Positions 15,677 through 31,531 of a stretch of DNA of 64,000 bases are shown here, piece after piece. Every line of letters starts with the position of its first letter. The first letter of the stretch is position 1. Origin of the DNA: the human T2T-CHM13v2.0 reference genome, Homo sapiens; NCBI RefSeq assembly GCF_009914755.1, contig NC_060926.1. One strand, 5' to 3'. Both the position numbers and the translations under genes were made by a program. The notes beneath the pieces are model-generated. The model ran no database searches and had not been told where the DNA came from. It saw only the letters and a list, made by a program, of their open reading frames with translations.

Positions 15677-16342
15677 AGACACAAAGAGGGTTCATAGATG
15701 ACCTAGGTCAAAGGCTAGAACATGCAGACATACTTTTAAGAACAATAAATTTAGAAATGCTTTGAAACAAATGACAACCACAGATATAAAAAAGTGCTTT
15801 TTAATTTTTAGCCAGAATGGTCAAGTTGATGTAGATTTTTTTTACTGGAATACTCATAATAATGTCTGTCTATATGCCTTAAGCAAGATTATTATTTAAT
15901 AAAAGATGGCAGGAAGTTGTAATTTATGGAAAATTTACAATTATTCTTTAAAATACTTTTATAAAATTATAAATTGATAATAATCCCCCCAAACTGAAGT
16001 GAAATACTTTTAATACTACTTGAAATTAAAGTACAGTTGTTTATACAACAATGAATAAGGACAAGATATCAAACTGAAAATTCAAAAATAAACAGAAGAA
16101 ATGTAAACAGTTCTAAAATATCAGTATTTATAAATGTTGCTTAGAGGAAGGCTATTCAAAGCATGGTCCATTAACTATTTGTGAGCTGTCCAGAATGAAA
16201 GAGGCTTGTGCCAGAATGAAAATCAATTACATCACTAATCATACTGGCTCAGTTGACTTTTTTTAAATAACAAGACTTCTTTGATAAAGGAAGCAATGTG
16301 TTGATTTATATTCTGGCACAAGTACCTTATTACTGACTAGAG

Positions 16343-16644
16343 CAGGGGTCCCCAGTCCCCAGGCCACGACCGGGCTGCATAGAAGGTGGGGGGCGGTGCC
16401 AAGCATTACTGCCTGAGCTCAGTTTCCTGTTAGATCAGCCATGGCATTAGATTCTCAAAGGAGCTCGAATCCTGCTGTGAACCGCACGTGCAAGAGATCT
16501 AGGTTGCATGCTCCTTATGAGAATCTAATGATAAATGTAATGTACTTGAATCATCCTGAAACCATCCCCCTAAACCCCCAGTCCTGTGGAAAAATTTTCT
16601 TCCACAAAACCCGTCCCTAGTGCCAAAACAGTTGGAGATCGCTC
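16343..16644. mobile_element. MER1-type (Charlie3) hAT element in 3'UTR
   Basis: CAGGGGTCCCC terminus, CCTTATGAGAATCTAATG core; TSD gactagag/cactagag. Confidence 0.85.
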
Positions 16645-17566
16645 CACTAGAGAACAGTTAACGGCTTACTTCCTTTAAAGTGCCATTACAATTTCACTGC
16701 TCAGAGCTAGGTTCTTTACTGTAGGGAAAATAATTAAAATGACAATTGCAATTGTCATCTATATATCATCTATTTAAAAATCCCATCTATTTAGGGATCC
16801 TACCCAAAAAGCAAATTTAACTTTAAATTATCACAACATAACACTTATCTTCTCATGTGTTCAAGTGTTACTGACATTTGTCCACTCACAGGGGCTCTCT
16901 AGATTCCTACTTTAGAGAAATACATTATGCTTTTCAATCTTGGGAGAAAAAGAGTAAGAATTGAATCATTTGCTAAAAAGCTCTTAAATGATTGGTCTAT
17001 TTTCATATTCCAATCAATAACGTTATTTAAATTCACACCTTTGTAAAAAGAGTGGATTTTTATATTCTTTGTGCAATCACTAGTTGCTTTTTTACTATAA
17101 AACTTAATATCAGGAAAAAAGGCATGGAAATTTACAGCTCTGTATTCTACTACTTAAAGGTAGATGTAAAGTATTTTAAGATTTTCAGACATTTGTAAAA
17201 ATGTCTTTTAACAAATGAACTTATAATTTAAAATTCAAATATTTCTTGATTTTTTGGGGGATGGCATGATTCCTCTAAAAATTAAAAATATAATATGGTC
17301 TTCAGAAACATAATCATTTCATTATCCAATGACTTACTAAACTTTACTTGCATTATCTTAATACCAAAGGCAAGTAAATGGACAATCAACAATTTAGAAA
17401 CAACTCATCAGTTTTAGATATACAAGGGCTCAATTTAGATTATACAACGTCTAGTTTATTGGACCAACAAACTACTTAAAGAATTTAAATGTCATAAGAA
17501 GAGAACATAAAGTCATATAAAGAATATAAATGTCATAATTTATATGTCATAAGAAAAGAGCTCCTG

Positions 17567-17930
<364 letters not shown>

Positions 17931-19518
17931 CTAAAGAATGTATTGTATCTATCTATAGATATATACATACACCTGTACATACACACATGTGCACACATAC
18001 ACACACAAGTAGAGAAAACTTTTCCTTAACAAATGCTGAAGACATTAAAGGAATTCACCATGTGGTCAAATAAAGTGACCTGATAGTTATTCAAAAAGTT
18101 TTAAGTTATTATTAAAGAATTTGGAAACTTACCAAAATTTTGAGAAGTTAAAGGTCTAAAGGGGGAACATCAGGTTGTTGTTACCATTTGTCAAACTATT
18201 TCTTCTGATACAGCAACATGGTCATGAGATCACAGTTATCGTAACATGATAACAGACCAATATAACGGTCATCAGGTGAAAATTCATAAAAGATTACCCG
18301 AAAAGGACTAACTTTCCCCATCATTAGGGCTGGATATAGTCTCTAGCCATAAGCAAACATTTTGCTCTCCCTAGTCTCTTGCATTGGTCCCAGCAAAAGA
18401 CCACAATGAGGGGCCACTCTGCAGATGGCTTTAAGCTGAGCCTCCTCACTCACTAGGAATTTCACACAAGAACTTCAGACGAGCCTGATGTCATGTTTTA
18501 TGATCACATCAGTCTTGCTACCGCTGACTCGGGCACTGTGTTAATAGACCTACCGGTGCTGTAATTTTTTATGCATACTTTTAGAACTCTGAATGACTGG
18601 CTTGTATTCTAAGATGCAGAAGACATCTAAAATTCAGTAAGCTGTCTGAGTGTGTCAACATTTTCTTCTATATTCAATTAATAAATATGTTTGACTAAAA
18701 ATACAGAATATTTAACTATACCTAAGTATCTTCTACTCTAGAAATTCTGGAGGATTAAAAAACTCTACACTTGCATACCAAATATCTCCATCTTCCAGAC
18801 CTTATCAGATCTCAAGTAGGTTGGGAGGAGGAAAAAGACATTTGCGTTAAAATACGAAGGCATGCTACTCTTTCCTCTGCTCCAACTTGTAAAGAATATC
18901 CCTGATCAGGTTTCTAACTCCCTCTTTGCTCTAGTTAAAGGATCTCTCTCATATAACAGACCACAGAGAATGAAAATCTTACGAAGTTTCAAAATATTTG
19001 TAATTGAAAGACATTTTCAATTGTAAAATGTCTCTTGAGCATCTATAAAGTAGAAATTATTTTGGCTTAAACTTCATACTGCTTTCCTAAACAAATTATG
19101 TTGATAGAGGCATGGTATAAGAGTCACCTTAGAGAGAGAACCTATTAAATTCCAATGTCTTCACTGTGTTCAGTTTACACCAACTATAATAAAACTCAAG
19201 CCACTTTTTTTGTTGATATGCAAAACATTCTGGTAAGTTCATTTGAAGTTGAATTATTTCATTAACATGTAAACTCACATGTACAATTTTACTTTTTGTC
19301 ATATATTTAAATATTTTCTTATCTGCAGAGCTATCTCAGGATATGAAATCATAACATGCTAGCAACTAGTAATTTAACATTAAAACACTTCCCTAAATTA
19401 TTCCATGGAAAAGTGCATTTACAATATAAACATGTCATATATGAAGCTACAAATCATAATCTCACTGGAGTGGATATAAAATTTCAAATTCAGTCCAAAT
19501 GAGTCAAAGAAAAAAGTG

Positions 19519-19801
19519 CTAACAGAGCAAATCTGAAACAAGTTCATGGGGATTGGGTAATGAGTCATCGAAACGAAATCTTTTGGAAACCATGCTGCTA
19601 TCCTCTGGGATATTCTCTTTGTCTTCTCTATCACCACAGGTTCCATTACAGGAGGATTTAGAAGTCTTGTCTTCAGAGGACCTTACAGAATGATCCTGAG
19701 TTTGAGAGGAACTGGAAGTTTCTTCAGGGTGAAACAAGTTTTCAAAGTCCCACTGCTGTAGCCAAGAATGAGAAAGGCATATCTCTGCTGTTGGTCTTTT
19801 C
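19519..19801 (-). CDS. STK17B: STK17B exon 8 coding part (KRPTAEICLSHSWL...VSDLLC*)
   Basis: 283 nt; acceptor ctttcaaag|; TAG at 19521-19519; total CDS 1119 nt. Confidence 0.98.
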
Positions 19802-19944
19802 CTTTGAAAGAAAGCACCAAGGGAAAATTGAGAACTAAAAATCAAGTTGAAAATGTCTTCAGTTTGATAGATTATAGACATATTTTTTACTTCTTGTGAA
19901 AATAAAACATACTCATAGTATAAAATCCAAACAGTACAGAAGAG

Positions 19945-20190
19945 AATAATAATGATAATAGCTGCTAACATTTACTGAATGCTTAGTTATATGCCAGGGA
20001 CTATTCTATACGCTTCAAATACATTATTTAACAATCATAACAAACTCATGAAATGGGTACTATTATTACCCTCATTTAACAGATATGCAAAGTAGGGTAC
20101 CAGGAGGCTTGAAATTTACCCCAAATCTCCTAACTTGTAAATGGTAGTTAAGTGGAACTTTGACTCTATCGTCTGTGCTTTTAAGCATTA
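19945..20190 (-). mobile_element. MIR
   Basis: AACATTTACTGAATGCTT...TACTATTATTACCCTCATTTAACAGAT core. Confidence 0.65.
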
Positions 20191-20637
20191 CACCATATTA
20201 TCTCTCATGAAGATAAAAAGTAAAATTGTTTTCTCATTCCCCAATCCCACTTCCAGATATTTTTTCTACATATATGTGCATATACATACACAAACATATA
20301 CACACACATACACATACACAGCTTCACATACTCCATGTTTCTGCAATTTGCTTTATTACTCAATAATGCATCTCAAGCATTTTTCCACATCAGTACAGAG
20401 TTAACATATTTATTAACAGCTGTATTATTTAGTACTCTTCCATATGGATACACCATAATTTATTTAACCAGATGCCCATTGAAGCTTCTAGCATTTTGCT
20501 ATTATAAATATGCTTCAATGAATATTGAGAAAATGTTTTTTGGGATCTTCTCTAATTATGTTCATAGGATGAGTTACTAGTAAAGCTAGTGGGTCTTTAT
20601 ATTTTGAAAGACGGTGCTTAACTAACCTCCAAATCAC

Positions 20638-21335
<698 letters not shown>

Positions 21336-21691
21336 GTAAAATCATTAAACTGTAAATCATTTACAATAAAGTCTTATCATAACCAGCCATGTGTATTGTA
21401 AATTTCTATGACTAATTATTTTAGGTAATTTCAGGGATTAGTAGTGGTTTGTGAGAGAAGTAACTCAAATCTTTTCTTTACTTCAAAATCCCCTGTTGTA
21501 TATTTTATATCTGAAGTTATGTATTTGTTAATGATTGCTCATACCACCTATTTTACCTAGAACTTGTACATATTTCTAATAATTTTATACTATTTTAGAA
21601 TATACTTTCTTAATAGGTATATATTATTTATTCTGTAATAGTATTTAAACAAATTAAATTTGTAATAGTATTTAAACAAATTATTACTTAC

Positions 21692-21871
21692 TCTGGATTT
21701 TTTACTAAAAGGCTCTGAATAAAGTCTGTGGCCAGCTGTGAAACTGATGAAAAAGTTTCTTCCGAATAATCTACATTAACTTGAGAAATATTGAGGTATG
21801 TTTCTTGATTATCTTCTCCCACAAATGGTGATGTGTGAGTTAACAACATATATGCTATTATACCAATATTC
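21692..21871 (-). CDS. STK17B: STK17B exon 7 (NIGIIAYMLL...LLVKNPE)
   Basis: 180 nt; acceptor tttttcag|, donor AGA|GTAAGT; ORF track 21688..21882. Confidence 0.98.
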
Positions 21872-22631
21872 CTGAAAAACAAGGGAGGGGAACTTAAAAT
21901 GTATGTTAATTTTTAAACATTTATACAAAGTACAATCGACATTCAACATACTCCTCTCCTCAAAACTGGTACGGTTAAACTACAGATTTACATTGCTTTT
22001 CAAAGTTCCTATATTATTAAAACTAAAATAATGATCTCAAAGTGTGCCTCACAGAAAGAGAACACAAGGGAATGCACGTGTTATATAAATACAATGTATT
22101 CAATATATATTATTGCTACCGTCTATCCTTCACACAGATACCTGCCGTGGAGTACACAAAGCTGCTGCAGCATTTCCTAAGTGGTTTCCAATGGCAAAGT
22201 AATGACTTGTGAGATGTAAAGAGAGGTTCTGCACAAATAGAGGCTGCAAGTTTGGCGAAGCACAAAGCTGGGCAGGCAAATTTTTTCACTGCAAACCTTT
22301 TAAAATCTGTAAATGTGTTAATGGCAAGTCTGGTGCCCAGGAGCCAGAAAAAGACAATATAGTACATGTTTCACCAACTTATTTAGCCATACCATCTTTT
22401 TTCCTGGGCAAACCCATGAGCAGTTCCACAGAACACAGAACAGGTCTAAACCTTCCACTTGGTCTGAGGAGTCAGTCCCCTTTGTGGTCTCAACTGAAGC
22501 TCCAGTATCAGTTCTGGTTCTATTCCCTATGGTATTCTCTCTTGGCTAGCTACAAAAACTCATAATTTCCCAGAGATGTACTCTCATAAAAGTACATTTT
22601 TGGGTGGGCCTGACCTAATTATTCTGCTTAA

Positions 22632-22934
<303 letters not shown>

Positions 22935-23320
22935 AACTCTTTTAGACCTAGATCAGATGTCTCCCTTTGTGAGGTGGAGCCCGGCAATGGACTGTCTGCT
23001 GCTGCTTCTATGCTTATTAAGCATTTCACCTTCATCATAAAATATGTAGCAATGTACTGCAAGTATTTTGTTCTTTTACTCAACTGAGTTTTCATCACAG
23101 AGAGAGATTTTCCTATTAATTTCTGTACTTTTGGCTCAGAAGTTAAGTGTTATTTAAAAATAATGGAAAGGTAAATATTTTCCTGTAGCATAATAATGAT
23201 ATTCAAATAAAATCTTTTGAAGAAAGCCTTATTATTTATTACTCTTGGAGTCAAAGAACCCCAGAATATACGTTTCCCAACTTTCCATAAAGATGTTTAA
23301 GGTAACTAACAACATCTTAC

Positions 23321-23369
23321 CACATATCTGTTGCTGTGGTAATGGGATCATAGTTCAGGATTTCTGGAG
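23321..23369 (-). CDS. STK17B: STK17B exon 6 (APEILNYDPITTATDMW)
   Basis: 49 nt; acceptor tttcag|, donor GTG|GTAAGA; APE and DMW motifs. Confidence 0.97.
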
Positions 23370-23448
23370 CTGAAAGAAAAGATAAAACTTAAATTCAATA
23401 TTGACAAATTTTAAAACAAGAAAATCACTTTATATTACGTTATAACTG

Positions 23449-23801
<353 letters not shown>

Positions 23802-24132
23802 TTAGCACAGTATTAATTATCCTATGATTGGACATTTAAACATCCCTATTATTGAGTAAATTATATGATCAGGTGGTTCAAAAACATGGATAATATTCTT
23901 GGAGTAATTAGTGGCTAGGTAGTTAAACTCATTTAGGTTAATCTCAGAAAAAAACAATTATAAAAAAGTAAAACTCTGGAAGCTAGAATTTAAAAAAAAA
24001 ATTAGTTTTATTACTTTAGAATTAATTTGCATTATTTTCTTAGATTAATTTAGGTTTTTCTTTTGGGGTAAATAGGATCATGTGCATCTGCAATGACATC
24101 ATGAGCAAATTTTGCTTCTCGGAAATGCTAGA

Positions 24133-24429
24133 TTTTCTTTTTTCTGACGGAGTTTCGCTCTTGTTGCCCAGGCTGGAGTACAAATGGCATGATGATCTTG
24201 GCTCACTGCAACCTCCACCTCTTGGATTCAAGCGATTCTCCTGCCTCAGCCTCCCAAGTAGGTGGGACTACAGGCATGCACCACCACACCTGGCTAATTT
24301 TGTATTTTTAGTAGAGATGGGGTTTCACCATGTTGGTCAGGCTGGTCTCGAACTCCTGACTTCAAGTGATCCACTCGCCTTGGCCTCCCAAAGTGCTGGG
24401 ATTACAAGTGTGAGCCACTGCACCCAGCC
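24133..24429 (-). mobile_element. AluS
   Basis: TSD gaaatgctagatttt. Confidence 0.93.
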
Positions 24430-25631
24430 AGAAATGCTAGATTTTCCAGTGAATTAAACATTCCTCTTAAATTATCAAGGACCTAATTTCCAAAGCAATT
24501 AATTTTCTGCTGTCTTCACTTGCCAAAAAAAAAAGTGCAAAATAAATTCTCTATGCTTTCTAAACATTACCATATTATTTCGAATTAGTACAGTCCAAAC
24601 TAGGATTTATGAGTGAAAAATAAGTTTCTTGTTTCACAATATGGTTTCATAATTTCTCCAAAGAGAAACTGTTTCCTAAAGCCTAACATTTTTATTAATA
24701 AAGCCTTTAAATCATATACAGTCAGCTTCTGTTAAACCACCTACATTTTCACATACTTCTGTGAGCTGTGTTACCAATAATTACATTCATTTATTCTAGG
24801 ACTATAGCCCCAGTTAGCATTCAAAAGTTAGTAATTTTCTCTGCTTTTTATTTTTGGAAAAGACAGCTGCCTAGCTGAGTCGCATCTGTTCTGTTTAACT
24901 GTATCTTTTCAATGTCCACATGGGGACATCAGTATAAACAATAAACAGAAAAAAGAAAAAAGATTATAAGTTAAAATACTTCAAATTTATATACTGCTTC
25001 ATACAACTTAAAAACCTTTCATATGCATAATCTAATTTGTTGATTTCACACAATATGCCCAGATTACCTAATCAAAGGTTCTTTTTGGCACTCTTCTTCA
25101 AAACCCTACTTTCACAACCCTATGCAAAACCTCATATTCTAAAGCAGCAGCAATAAACAAAAATGAGGTGGCCGGCTAACAATTCCTGTAAGTTTAAACT
25201 GAAGATATCTGTATTGTGAACAGCTCTGGAATTGGGACCAGAAATAGAAGTGAGATCTAGCCAACAGCCAGGCTTCAAAGACAATCATGGGCCACTTCAC
25301 TGCAGCAGTTTTTCTTTTTCCATTTTTCTCTTTTTCCCTAACTTCCCTCTTACCCATTTCTTTTTTCCTTATGTACAAATCCTTTATACACAAACATTCA
25401 ACTTGTACACTTACATATTCAGTGTCCCCTGAATTGCTGTAAATGTTTCATACTTTTATTCATTTCATTTAAATGTGTCTTAACCTAACCAAGTTTTAAT
25501 GTATCAAAATACTTGAACCAATCAAATCCTTTTAACTGAATCGAATTACATGCTCTAAAATATAGTTCTACAGAGGTATCATTTACTTAATAAATTTCAA
25601 AATGGTATAGAAAATACAAGGAAATTCTTAC

Positions 25632-25758
25632 CTAAATATTCTGGTGTTCCCATGATTTCCCGAAGTTCACACGCATGCCCTATTTTTCGAGACATTCCAA
25701 AATCTACTATTTTAATGTCCCCGAGAGGGTATATGCTGCTCAGTAATATATTCTGTGG
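25632..25758 (-). CDS. STK17B: STK17B exon 5 (PQNILL...IKIVDFG...GTPEYL)
   Basis: 127 nt; acceptor tttag|, donor TAG|GTAAGA; DFG motif and activation segment. Confidence 0.98.
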
Positions 25759-26127
25759 CTAAACAAAGTACAACAAAAACATGATAAGTAATATACAAAA
25801 AAGCATACTAGTCTCAGATGGAAAGTATATTAAGTGGAAGATATTGCTCAGCTATTATACATTTCATTGAGTCATGCATCAAACATTTACTGACTTACTA
25901 CTTAGGCGGAGCTATTATTCAATGATGCATAAAGCCAAAAACACACCCAAAAAGGATTCTAGGTTTGAAGAGAAAAGAAGTTAAATGGAAAGATTAAGAT
26001 ATAGAATACTCAGTAATAAAAAGACTGCCTCATTCTGTCAATAAGAAATTCCAAGAAGGCTTTGCAGTAGAGATGATGCGTAAGCTGAGACTTAAAAGAG
26101 TATGCTGGTTAGAAAGGTGCTCTGGGT

Positions 26128-26776
<649 letters not shown>

Positions 26777-27978
26777 CTAAAACCACGTGACTTTGCTTTA
26801 CTACTACTGCAGGCCCACGGCCTATTACAAAGTCCCCTGCTGCTGTCATAACCCATACCTCTGCCAAGGTGCTGCTCCCAAAATCTGTGCAAAGAATTAT
26901 AACAGTCGCTTAACTTTGGGGCAATCTCATGCTTGTTTATTACTAAAGCACAGAGCCTATTACAGGAGAAAAGGTAAAGGTAATTAGCTCTGTTGTTGTC
27001 AACCACAGGTTTATATGCCATCCCACTTCAAGGGCTATGTGATGCTATGTAATGTACTTGGGTTGATGTTAGCAGGAAAATGACCCAACAGGAAGCTGGT
27101 GGGAGCGTGATTATCTTGGCATTTACTGTGTTGCTTCTTTTCCAATATTTTATCAGTTGGGGAAATAGCAGGGATACTAGATGGTAAATACTGTCCCCCT
27201 GCTCCATAGTGGGGCCCAAAACAGAACTACAGGGTTTTTTCTTTTGAAAAAGCGGTAAGAGGATTTGGAAATTAAGGGAGAGGCCTGGGCTGTAGGTGGA
27301 GATTTTTGAATTATTATTATTATTAAAGTGGTAATAGAAGCCAAAGGGTCATGCAAGGACACCATATAAAAACAGAAGAATCTAATGCTCAAAAAATGAG
27401 ACACAGACTGATTCAGATCTTAAGGTCCTTGTGTGGTTATGAAAGAAGGATAAGGAGAAAGGATAACAACATGAGAGATGGAGATAAGAGACTGGAGGTT
27501 CGGGGCTTGGGTAAAGAGCCTGAACGATCTGGAAGAAGCCAAAAGACTGAAAACCTCAAGACAAAAATGAATGAAGGTAATAGGAGCAAATGCATGAGGA
27601 TTAGCAGGATTTATTTTCAGAGATGGAGATTACACAATTGAGCATTTCAGAGATAGACAGCATTTTAAAATAAGAAGGTCCAGGATGTGGTTGTAAGAGT
27701 GGGATGGAATGGAATAATTCCATCTAATGTAGGATTAGAACACAGGAATGATGCATTTTAAGAGCCCAGTAATTTGAGCTGCTTACACATGCACTCTTCT
27801 CCTTTCTGCCAATATAAAATTAAGGCCACATAGGCACACGTAAGCAAAGAGCACACCAGTGCAGTCTAGAAGACCAGGAACCAACCATTGTTTCCTGTTA
27901 ATACCAGTTTGCAACTGTGCATACTAAGAGCAGAAGAAGAACACAGATGTTGCATTACTTTAAATCACGTTACGTTAC

Positions 27979-28123
27979 CTTTAAATCAAGGTGTACAATG
28001 TTATTCTGATGTAGATAATAAACTCCTTCAAGTATTTGTTTAATGAGTCTGATAACATCATTTTCAGAAACCATTTCAGCCAACTCAGGTAAACACAGGC
28101 TGAAAATTTCTCCACCTGCAGCA
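27979..28123 (-). CDS. STK17B: STK17B exon 4 (AAGGEIF...HQNNIVHLDLK, catalytic loop)
   Basis: 145 nt; acceptor ttttag|, donor AAG|GTAACG; frame continues from exon 3. Confidence 0.97.
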
Positions 28124-28216
28124 CTAAAATAAAATTCAAAGAACAGAGACTTGAAAATTCATTCACCTAAACACTTTTAAATATTGTGTACCTGTTAAGT
28201 AAAAGACATACAACTA

Positions 28217-28590
<374 letters not shown>

Positions 28591-29800
28591 AATAAGTGAT
28601 GAGACTATTTCAAATTCTGGGTACTAATACTTGAATATTAATAAATAAAACTGAATTGCTTTATGATCCAATAATGTTGCAGCCTGCCTTCACTGCAATA
28701 AAGATAATAAAAATAGTAGCTCTTTGTGCTCTCCTCATATATGTACATCTATATGTATTCATATATATACATATGTTTTCATATATATGAATTCTTATAT
28801 ATATATCATCTATTTTGAGCCTCATGACAAACATGTGAGGTACATGGTTACTACACCCATTTTACAGTAGAAACAAGTACAATTAGGTTAACAAACTTGA
28901 ATATGAGTAAGAATCTGCATTCTTAGCCAATACCATCTTGTACTGTAGCTTCATGCAGAATACTTGGGGCCAGAACACAAATAAATAAATAAATAAATTC
29001 TAAAGAACTGAAATTTAAAGAATGCTGAAAAAGGCACAGTGAAAAATTCCTAGGTTTGGAATGAATTATCGAAACATAAATCCTAACTCTTCTATTTACC
29101 TGCAATATAACTTAGGGTCAGTTACTTATAGTCATCCATAAAGCAGAAATATCAATAAAATCCACAGATTTTTTTAGGAGGGATTAAATCTAAATAAGAT
29201 AAAATTAGAACATCATGCAAAAACATTTATACAGTTATTCATCAAATTTGTAAGGTATATTTGGGAATACACAAGTATATTCTATTTGATAAAATAGTAA
29301 CTCACTCTGGAAAATACTATTACTCTATTTTTACTTCTTTGGCTCACTGCTACAACCACATCAAGAACAGTATCTAGCATGCACTGCAGTAGGTGGTCAG
29401 TAATGTTTGTTGAATGAATGAATGATGGAATGGGCAGCGATTCTTTAGAGGGGTTGAAGCTGGGGATTCAGAAGTCTCAGTGACTGCCAAGAGGAAAAAA
29501 TATGTCATAAGTGTTAGGAGCCATAAGAAGAAAAAATAATGGTGGGCTCAAATTTCAGTCCCAAGTTGAAAGTCACAAGGACTGACACTTCACACTCTAG
29601 ATATAATTTGCAATTGAGCAATCTAAACACAGTAAGCCAGTTAGAAGCCGCAAACATATGGTGCTTTACACTTTCTGACTTTGCAGAAAAAAACTCTGTA
29701 GGACAGCTTATAAGGAATACACGTGAAAGCTCCAATCACATATATGTCACTTTAACCCCATTACACTCACCAAAACTTGCTGTAAATTCATGAGACATAA

Positions 29801-30095
<295 letters not shown>

Positions 30096-31231
30096 GAGAC
30101 ATTAATTTTAATATCTACCTCAACATATCATGATAAAGATAATCTGAGTATTGAAAAGTGTAGTTTGCTATTAAATTTATAGTAGTGAACTCCAAAATAA
30201 GGTATAGAAAGACAATTTTGGGAATTCACATTTTCTTAATCTAAAAAAAGAAATACACTAATCTTCAAGAATAATTAATATACACACTGCCTAGCGGCCC
30301 TTGGTCTGCATGTCAGTATTCATTTCTCACACCCCTTCTCAAGGTCTCCTGAGGGCAGAGTGGGAATCCAGGCACAGACTGGCAGTGACACCATCACTCC
30401 TTCCCTTTCCGGCTACACTGTTTAGTTTCAATGATACAAATCGTCTCAAAACAGAAAGTGGTCTAAATATATTCCTGCAAAGACAGTCAAAATAATATTA
30501 CAAATAATATTATATTAGGTAATAGTACTAATGCAATCATAAGCAAATAAGAAAATGAAGAAAGAACACTTTAGATTCTCTTAGAATATATTTTTTGTTA
30601 GGTACTTTACAAGATATAAATACTGATAATCTAGTCCTATCTTATAAAAATCAGACCAAATAACTTGAAATTATTAGAAAACAGTATAAAATATGAATTT
30701 ACATATTTACACCCCCTAAATATATAAAAAATAGATGTGTATTCTTCATTTGTACAGCAACATAAATTGTTTAGGTAAGACATTTATTCTTGAATACTTT
30801 ATGATTATTTACCAACATTTTATATTACAAATTCGTTAAAGTTACTTCAATAACCAGAACACTCCACCAATTCTAAAATTAAAAACAAAATACAAGAAAG
30901 TAAAGTGAAAGTATGGAAAGCAATTCCCAGTGCCTAGGAAGAGACAGGATAGCATGGTGCATATAGGAGTGCTTACTGAAATCAAGACTGCCTGGGTTTC
31001 ACTCTAGCTCTGTCACTAACTAGGCTAGGTGAACTGGGACAAAATGTGCCTCTGTTTCTTCTACTGTAATGTGAATAATAGAATAGCTCCTACTTCATGG
31101 TCTAAGAATTAAATTGGATAATCCACATAAAGTATTGAGCACAAACATCCTAGAAGAATCAAAGCAGATCGTTTCAATAAATACTTATCACAGTGTCTGA
31201 CACACGGTAAATATTCAATAGATAACAGCTA

Positions 31232-31531
31232 TTTTTTTTTTTTTTTCCTGAGACTGAGTCTTGCTCTGTCGCCCAGGCTGGAGTGCAGTAGTGCAATCTC
31301 TACTCACCGCAACCTCCCCGTCCTGGGTTCAAGCAATTCTCCTGCCTCAGTCTCCCGAGTTGCTAGGACTACAGGCGCGTGGCACCACACCCGGCTAATT
31401 TTTTGTATTTTTTAGTGGAGACTGGGTTTCACCGTGTTAGCCAGGATGGTCTCCATCTCCTGACCTCGTGATCCGCCCGCCTCGGCCTCCCAAAGTGCTG
31501 TGATTACAGGCATGAGCCACTGGGCCCAGCC
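31232..31531 (-). mobile_element. Alu (Sc/Y-like)
   Basis: Full Alu, cagctatt flanks. Confidence 0.92.

Noticed and set aside
19802-19971. Hydrophobic N-terminal part of the 150-aa ORF (apparent membrane-anchored isoform)
   Set aside because: Intronic read-through upstream of the exon 8 acceptor, starting in MIR-derived sequence at a non-ATG codon
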